From: a virus
Virus record (IMG/VR): IMGVR_UViG_3300006793_000015
Span: 1-64,000 of that record
Strand: one strand, 5' to 3'
Length of the DNA stretch: 64,000 nt
The notes under the pieces are model-generated. The model worked only from the letters and a program-made list of their open reading frames with translations. It had not been told where the DNA came from and ran no database searches. This document shows positions 58,519 through 64,000 of this stretch, piece by piece. Each line of letters begins with the position of its first letter. Position 1 is the stretch's first letter. The translations under genes and the position numbers were made by a program.

Positions 58519-61410
58519 CTATTGTCCTGTTAGAGGATTTACTGGAAGTATGTCTGACAAATATCCGTGTTCTTTCCAACTATTATAACCGTTTCCATAT
58601 TTACCGTGTGTAATCTTACTACTTTCACTCGCTGAGTTTCCGGCCGCCCAAGCAGTTACGGCTGCCGCTATCGCACCTGCAGACACGGCATTAATAACAT
58701 CTTTTCTCGCACTGCGTTCAGTATTGTTATTATTTGATATAGTAGTTTGGTCTTGGGACGCATAACTGCTTGTATTAATAATTGGATTTAATCCAACTAC
58801 GCCAAGCGATTGTCCAGTAGGCTCGGTCAAAACAGTGCCTCCTGTACTAGTTACAAATGACGGCGATGATCTATAACTCTCAATAGCAGGACTTGCACTA
58901 AATGTAAAAGATCCTGATGCGTCTCCTGGATTTGGACGCATAGGAGTAGTTCCACGCGAAGTATTGGAAATTACTGCTGATGTAGTGCCTGACTGCGCCG
59001 ACGTTGTGTTTAAAGAATTTAACTGAAATGATCTTGCTTCAGCCGCTCTAAACTCTTGTGCGCTTTGAGGAGAAGATTGTATTGCTTGGGTATTAAAATC
59101 TGCATGTGGATTTACACTGTTTCTATTTGACGCTGTTTCAGTTACAGGGCCACTAACTGAGTCAAACTCACCTGCCCATTCTCTGTCAGCTGCTTCTGAT
59201 GCAAGTTCGCGTTCTTTTTGTTCTTCTTGGCTGGCTAATGATTGCACTGGTGTTCCGTCAAATTCGCCAGCGGCGCTGTCAACGGCTGCTTCACTTCCAG
59301 GCGCGGTTGTTGTTGCTGATGCGGCCGCGGCTTTAGCATCTTCAAAATCATAATTTGCGGCTTCGTCATCTGACATTAACTCTTGACCTGGTTTCTCAGG
59401 GTTGTCTATGTTTTCGCGCCATTGATTATAAATTCTTGTGGCCTCAACAGCTTGTGTAAATTCACCGCCTTGGAAAGTACTGTTTACCTCCCAAATTCTA
59501 TAGTAACCTGACAATGTGCTACCGCCATCACTCTCAGCAAAGTTTGCTAATCCAGTTGCTTCATCATAATCTCTTGGAGTTTTGAACACTAAGTAAAAAT
59601 GCGAATCGTCAAGATCACTAAGAATTGCTCCGTTTGCTGGATCGTGTCCTTCGGTGCCGCCTTGGGCTCCTGTTTTATTAGGAGTAGTCATTGTTAGAAT
59701 ACCGTCTTGTTGTATATAACCAGGATCTCCAACAATCTCTAAACTAATAGTTATCATATCAGACCCAGGAGTTCTGTATAGATTTTCCATCAACGTGGCG
59801 CCAGTTCTTTGCTTTTGGTTTGCGTGTTCATCTGCATTAAATTTGTTATTTTTTGGTTTAATGCTTTGTGCGCCACTAACAACAGCCTCTCCATCTTGCT
59901 GATTCCCTGACTCAGGTGACACATTTGCTTCAGTTTCTTCAATAATAGGGTTTTCAGAACCTTCGTTTGATGTTCCAATACCCGACATTGCCATTATAAA
60001 AGCATTGTTGAAGGTCAAATCTAAGTTTCTTATATCTAAGTTTTGTCCAGTGTAGATATAGCTATAACTTCTAGCAGGATTACGAAGGCCGTTTTCTCCA
60101 GGTTTAGATTTCCCGCCAGTAACTTCAGGATCAACTACTTTGTAAGGATCTATTTGTATAACTGTTTTTCTAGCATACTTGTTTCGTATTTTATCAAAAT
60201 CTTTTAATGTCTTAACATACGTAATTTTCCACCAATTTAGGCCGTTTTCTGGATTTTTCAGTACTGACCTAGCATCCTTCATTTTATCAAGCGTGGTGTT
60301 TTCTTCTAGTTGATCAGTGACGTATGTACTATCACGTATTATTTTTTCAAGAAATGCTAACATGGATTGCCCAGGTGCTGTTATCTCAACCTTGTAGTCG
60401 CCTCTCTCACCTTCACCATAATACCTTATGTCTCTATTAAATTTAAATTTTTTCTCGGGAGGCACTTGACGCCCCCTCTCGCCAGGAGCTGTAGTAACCG
60501 GGCCTACCCTCAATAAAGTTTGTTTAGCAACATTTGGTTCTATTTTTGCATTTTTTAGCTTTTCAGCAATTGGGCCACCACCTGACCCTAATTTAAATTC
60601 AATTTCATCAGGAAATTCCTGTGTTTTCGGTGCGACGACAGTTCCGGCAGAATTTGGTTTTAGTCCTGCACCACCTATTTTGTCTGTTGATCTTTCCACT
60701 TGCTCTCTATTAAATTCTTTCTCAAGAATTTTACAAAAGTCTTGAAGTGATTTTCCTTTAACTTGTTTTAAATTAAGTGCTTGGGTCAATGGATTGTTAC
60801 TTCCTTCTAACACAGCCATTGCGATAAACTCAACTGAATAACTAGTACCGACTGACGTAATATTAAAATCTAAACTTACTAATCTGACAGGAATCCATCG
60901 AGTAGCTGGTTTTATTCTAACCGGCTGGCCTGCATCATCGTACCCAAGAAAATCAATTTGAATTAGTAGCGGTTTCTCTGTCCAATTTGGTCCGTCTTCG
61001 GTTAGTACTTCGTGAAGTCTTTCCAACAATGTGGTGCCAGCTGGCTCTACAATGGCCATGTTCATATCCATCACGTTGGTTGCACGACTGGTGGAATTCA
61101 TACCCATCATTCCTGATATTGACATAGAATCTATGTAAAAATCCAATCCAAAGGCTGGGTGCCGGGCTGGTATAAACTCTGTGGCGCTGTCTGCAATTCC
61201 TCCGGAAGATATTAATGTGTTACATATAGAAGGAATATTTCCATGGCACCATTCCCAACTGCCGTTTTCAGCCAAATCGTTATACATCTGAAAAGATTTA
61301 AAACTTAACAAACTAATTTTATAAGTGTAGTTTGTGAACTGATGTAAAATATTATCAGGTGCTGGAATGGGCTTGTTAGGATCTATTTGTAGGTTTGGAT
61401 CACCTGACAT
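58519..61410 (-). CDS. Baseplate hub-like protein with long low-complexity C-terminal extension
   Basis: NILH..YTY, YSYIYTGQN, LEIVGDP, GYYRI..V.STFQGGEFTQ; position between gp53-like and gp5-like genes. Confidence 0.55.
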   Translation of the reverse strand: MSGDPNLQIDPNKPIPAPDNILHQFTNYTYKISLLSFKSFQMYNDLAENGSWEWCHGNIPSICNTLISSGGIADSATEFIPARHPAFGLDFYIDSMSISGMMGMNSTSRATNVMDMNMAIVEPAGTTLLERLHEVLTEDGPNWTEKPLLIQIDFLGYDDAGQPVRIKPATRWIPVRLVSLDFNITSVGTSYSVEFIAMAVLEGSNNPLTQALNLKQVKGKSLQDFCKILEKEFNREQVERSTDKIGGAGLKPNSAGTVVAPKTQEFPDEIEFKLGSGGGPIAEKLKNAKIEPNVAKQTLLRVGPVTTAPGERGRQVPPEKKFKFNRDIRYYGEGERGDYKVEITAPGQSMLAFLEKIIRDSTYVTDQLEENTTLDKMKDARSVLKNPENGLNWWKITYVKTLKDFDKIRNKYARKTVIQIDPYKVVDPEVTGGKSKPGENGLRNPARSYSYIYTGQNLDIRNLDLTFNNAFIMAMSGIGTSNEGSENPIIEETEANVSPESGNQQDGEAVVSGAQSIKPKNNKFNADEHANQKQRTGATLMENLYRTPGSDMITISLEIVGDPGYIQQDGILTMTTPNKTGAQGGTEGHDPANGAILSDLDDSHFYLVFKTPRDYDEATGLANFAESDGGSTLSGYYRIWEVNSTFQGGEFTQAVEATRIYNQWRENIDNPEKPGQELMSDDEAANYDFEDAKAAAASATTTAPGSEAAVDSAAGEFDGTPVQSLASQEEQKERELASEAADREWAGEFDSVSGPVTETASNRNSVNPHADFNTQAIQSSPQSAQEFRAAEARSFQLNSLNTTSAQSGTTSAVISNTSRGTTPMRPNPGDASGSFTFSASPAIESYRSSPSFVTSTGGTVLTEPTGQSLGVVGLNPIINTSSYASQDQTTISNNNNTERSARKDVINAVSAGAIAAAVTAWAAGNSASESSKITHGKYGNGYNSWKEHGYLSDILPVNPLTGQ

Positions 61411-61414
61411 GATA

Positions 61415-61726
61415 TTATAACTCCAATGATTTTTGAAGAGTTGTTATTTTTGGTACAAATATAGTTACGCCCGCAACAAAATCATATACTGGGTCAATTA
61501 GAGTGTCTGGGTTTCTCACCGCAAATACCCACCACAGGTTAGCATTGTTATAAATGTCATGTGCTAATAAATCAGGGCGATTATTATAACTCTCTTCAAT
61601 TTGATATTCTAAATCGTCGTTTTCGAATGGAAAGGATCTCTTTCTCATTATGCCTAATCTACTATTTACAGTGGGAGTTAAGTAATAAGGACTATCTGCA
61701 AAATAACTGTATCTTGTCTTTGCCAT
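61415..61726 (-). CDS. Baseplate wedge protein, gp53/LysM-like
   Basis: YNNRPDLLAHDIY..LWWVFA.RN..DP..F..G..IFVP; start at ATG 61726 with GGAGG upstream. Confidence 0.8.
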   Translation of the reverse strand: MAKTRYSYFADSPYYLTPTVNSRLGIMRKRSFPFENDDLEYQIEESYNNRPDLLAHDIYNNANLWWVFAVRNPDTLIDPVYDFVAGVTIFVPKITTLQKSLEL

Positions 61727-61727
61727 T

Positions 61728-62396
61728 TTATATAAAGCCTCCTTCACTGTCACTTCCTAATAATCCGCCAGATGCGAATTTTTTCAGTCCAAAACGTTTG
61801 GATGTTGCTTTTCTTGAATACGTTGGCTTTGCTGTTATAGTAACTGTAGTGCTTGATGGAATCATTGTTTTACCATCAGAAGTTCTAATGTAATCAACAC
61901 TACTTGGAAGTTCCATCGAAAATGATTCTACTACAACAGGTACATTTGAAAATATGTAATCTCCAGATGCATTTAATCTTAGTACAGGTGGCGGCGTGCC
62001 TGCTACAGGCTCCGCATCTTGTCCAAAAAACATTTTTGTAACAGTTCTTAAAAAGTGTAACACTCCTCTTAAATAGTCCGCCTCAGCAGAACTATTTGCT
62101 GTAAACTGTCCTGTAATTTGTATTGAGCCAATTTGATGACTTTCAAACGTAGGATGATCATAGTTTGTATGAGTAAGTCCAGCCGCGCCATAAGCCGCGT
62201 TGTGTTGAACAAACAGTGTCGGAGTGTAAGGAAAAATAATTCCTTTTCCGGCTGCCAATGGACTTAGCACTGGTCCTCCCAAGAGGTCAGTGTTGACTGT
62301 TAATCTTGTTCTCCAATCCTCACCTACATCGCTAAACGCAACTATTGGCGCCGCAATGCTACCTAATAATATTCCACCAAATGGTATTGTTGCCAT
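61728..62396 (-). CDS. Baseplate/tail-tube initiator-like protein (gp48/gp54-like)
   Basis: FPYTP, I.ITGQF, GTPPPVLRL..G...F.NVPVVVESF; start at ATG 62396 (MATIPF) after ATAAATA and AGGA. Confidence 0.6.
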   Translation of the reverse strand: MATIPFGGILLGSIAAPIVAFSDVGEDWRTRLTVNTDLLGGPVLSPLAAGKGIIFPYTPTLFVQHNAAYGAAGLTHTNYDHPTFESHQIGSIQITGQFTANSSAEADYLRGVLHFLRTVTKMFFGQDAEPVAGTPPPVLRLNASGDYIFSNVPVVVESFSMELPSSVDYIRTSDGKTMIPSSTTVTITAKPTYSRKATSKRFGLKKFASGGLLGSDSEGGFI

Positions 62397-62426
62397 AAAA
62401 AAGTTCCTGTATGCCTTGTTATTTAT

Positions 62427-62455
62427 TTGACTTTTTAATATACGTGTATTATAAT
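62427..62455 (+). promoter_or_regulatory. sigma70-type promoter for gp55-like gene
   Basis: TTGACT 62427-62432, 17-nt spacer, TATAAT 62450-62455; back to back with - strand ATAAATA (62420-62426). Confidence 0.75.
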
Positions 62456-62476
62456 AAATACTATATTGGAGCATAA

Positions 62477-63283
62477 ATGAACAATAAAAAAACAGTTTAC
62501 CTTAGAAACAAAGATATTTTAGAAGAAATACACAAATCAAAGAATACCTACAGTAGTTACACTACACCAGAAGATGCTGATTACGATATCATTGTACCAG
62601 AGATTGAAAAAATTAATATAAGATCTGTTGCACAAGCGAAGCGTAATCGAGCGGCAAAACTTTCCAAGATAGAACACGCAAAAGCAGTAGAGGAAAATAC
62701 ATCTCGTAAAAAACCTCGACTTATTGACTTTCAAATTAATTGGAAAAAGATTCCTAAAGAAGATCTTGTGTTTAGAGTTATGACTTTTGACCATATTCCT
62801 TTACAACACGGAAGGGTTAAAACACCAAAGCGTGTAGCGGATCACTATGAAAAACTTCCTTTTCCGCCATATCAACACTTTCGTTATGATGACAATAAGG
62901 AACTTTTTTGCGTAGGCAAAAGTCACTGGATTGGTGACTTAGAAACTGGATATTTTAACAAGGATCATGGTCAAATGACTGAAAACCTCGCTAAAATGTT
63001 TATGAAGTTATGTGATCGTTATGGCACAAGATCTAACTGGCGCGGATACACATATAATGATGAGATGCGCGGTACTGCGATATTACAATTAATTCAAGTA
63101 GGGTTACTATTTGATGAAAGTAAAAGCCAAAACCCATTTGCGTATTACACAGCAATTGTCACTAACTCGTTTACCAAGATTCTTAATATGGAAAAGCGTA
63201 ACCAAAACATTCGTGATGATATATTAGAAATGAATGATATGGCGCCAAGTTACACAAGGCAAAATCAAAACGCAAAAACTTGA
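62477..63283 (+). CDS. Late-transcription sigma factor, T4 gp55-like
   Basis: YLRNKD N-terminus, NWRGYTYNDEM, FDESKSQNPFAYYT; immediately upstream of gp47-like gene. Confidence 0.85.
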   Translation: MNNKKTVYLRNKDILEEIHKSKNTYSSYTTPEDADYDIIVPEIEKINIRSVAQAKRNRAAKLSKIEHAKAVEENTSRKKPRLIDFQINWKKIPKEDLVFRVMTFDHIPLQHGRVKTPKRVADHYEKLPFPPYQHFRYDDNKELFCVGKSHWIGDLETGYFNKDHGQMTENLAKMFMKLCDRYGTRSNWRGYTYNDEMRGTAILQLIQVGLLFDESKSQNPFAYYTAIVTNSFTKILNMEKRNQNIRDDILEMNDMAPSYTRQNQNAKT

Positions 63284-63308
63284 CAATTTACTTTAACTTT
63301 AGTATAAT
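63280..63308 (+). promoter_or_regulatory. Consensus sigma70 promoter for gp47-like gene
   Basis: TTGACA 63280-63285 (overlaps gp55 TGA), 17-nt spacer, TATAAT 63303-63308; ATG 63321. Confidence 0.85.
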
Positions 63309-63320
63309 ATTTAATTATAT

Positions 63321-64000
63321 ATGAGTAACAATAATCTATTTAAAAAAGTAGCAGTTTGTACAGATATACACTTCGGAAATAAAAGCAATTCAACTACACA
63401 CAATCAAGATTGTGAAGACTTTATTGACTGGTTTATAGAAACGGCGCACAAAAACGATTGCGAGACTTGCATGTTTTTAGGCGACTGGCATCACCAGCGA
63501 GCAAGCATTAACGTCCATACGTTAAACTATAGTTTGCGTAGTTTGGAAAAGTTGGGTAAATCTTTTGAGAAGTTTTACTTTATTACAGGCAACCATGATC
63601 TCTACTACAGAGATCGTCGTGATCTAAACAGTGTTGAATTTGCTAGTAGATTTCCTGGAATTTCTATTGTAAATCAAACAATTAACGAGGGCAATGTTGC
63701 TATTGTTCCGTGGTTAGTTGGTGATGACTTTAAGAAAATTAAAAAAATTAAAGCAAAGTATATTTTTGGACACTTTGAACTGCCTCACTTTTACATGAAC
63801 GCTATGGTACAAATGCCGGATCACGGCGAACTTTATGCTGACGACATGGGACATGCAGACTACGTGTTTAGTGGTCATTTCCATAAAAGACAACAGCAAA
63901 AGAATGTAATATACATTGGTAATTGCTTTCCACACAACTATGCTGATGCGTGGGACGATGATCGTGGCATGATGATGTTGGAATGGGATGGTGAGCCAGA
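63321..64000 (+). CDS. Recombination endonuclease subunit, T4 gp47/Mre11/SbcD-like (runs off window)
   Basis: Translated by hand: MSNNNLFKKVAVCTDIHFG..GDWHH..GNHD..GHFE..SGHFH metallophosphoesterase motifs. Confidence 0.9.
   Translation, partial: MSNNNLFKKVAVCTDIHFGNKSNSTTHNQDCEDFIDWFIETAHKNDCETCMFLGDWHHQRASINVHTLNYSLRSLEKLGKSFEKFYFITGNHDLYYRDRRDLNSVEFASRFPGISIVNQTINEGNVAIVPWLVGDDFKKIKKIKAKYIFGHFELPHFYMNAMVQMPDHGELYADDMGHADYVFSGHFHKRQQQKNVIYIGNCFPHNYADAWDDDRGMMMLEWDGEP

Noticed and set aside
289-63935. Numerous 60-210 aa ORFs antisense to or nested in long genes (e.g. 27620-28249, 2596-3027, 22313-22684, 63714-63935)
   Set aside because: Shadow frames of well-supported genes; no motifs or RBS
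1-64000. Stop-codon reassignment as in some jumbo phages
   Set aside because: Standard code yields full-length, densely packed genes; TAA, TGA and TAG all serve as stops

Overview
A 64-kb segment of a large, AT-rich, T4-related tailed phage (likely a jumbo myovirus of a Gram-negative host; host is inferred). There are three blocks. (1) 1-11.4 kb, mostly + strand: a VWA/metallopeptidase protein, a signal-peptide FG-GAP protein with a probable outer-membrane beta-barrel, an amino-DNA methyltransferase, a HAD phosphomannomutase-like enzyme, ThyX, and a PIG-L deacetylase/DegT aminotransferase/NAD epimerase trio. (2) 11.35-34.85 kb, - strand: a tightly coupled ~23.5-kb biosynthetic-looking cluster. 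It holds three glycosyltransferase-like genes, seven tandem radical SAM enzymes with twitch/SPASM-type Cys clusters, a methyltransferase, two SGNH-like proteins, a stand-alone Smr domain, a NodU/TobZ-type carbamoyltransferase, a degenerate AsnB-like ligase, a sulfotransferase-like protein and a 1011-aa repeat protein. It starts from its own consensus sigma70 promoter directly downstream of the tail-fibre genes. (3) 34.9-64 kb: tail fibre/baseplate module (4927-aa giant wedge-like protein; gp6-, gp25-, gp5-, gp53-like and tube-initiator-like genes) with T4-like (TA)TAAATA late motifs, then divergent gp55-like late sigma and a gp47/Mre11-like nuclease cut by the window end. The best candidate for an undescribed system is block 2 plus the sugar enzymes of block 1: a phage-encoded, radical-SAM-rich glycan building and tailoring pathway, most plausibly decorating virion proteins (alternatives: DNA hypermodification, host-surface remodelling, small molecule/RiPP). 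No tRNA, rRNA, CRISPR array or IS element was seen. All assignments come from motif reading by eye; no searches were run.
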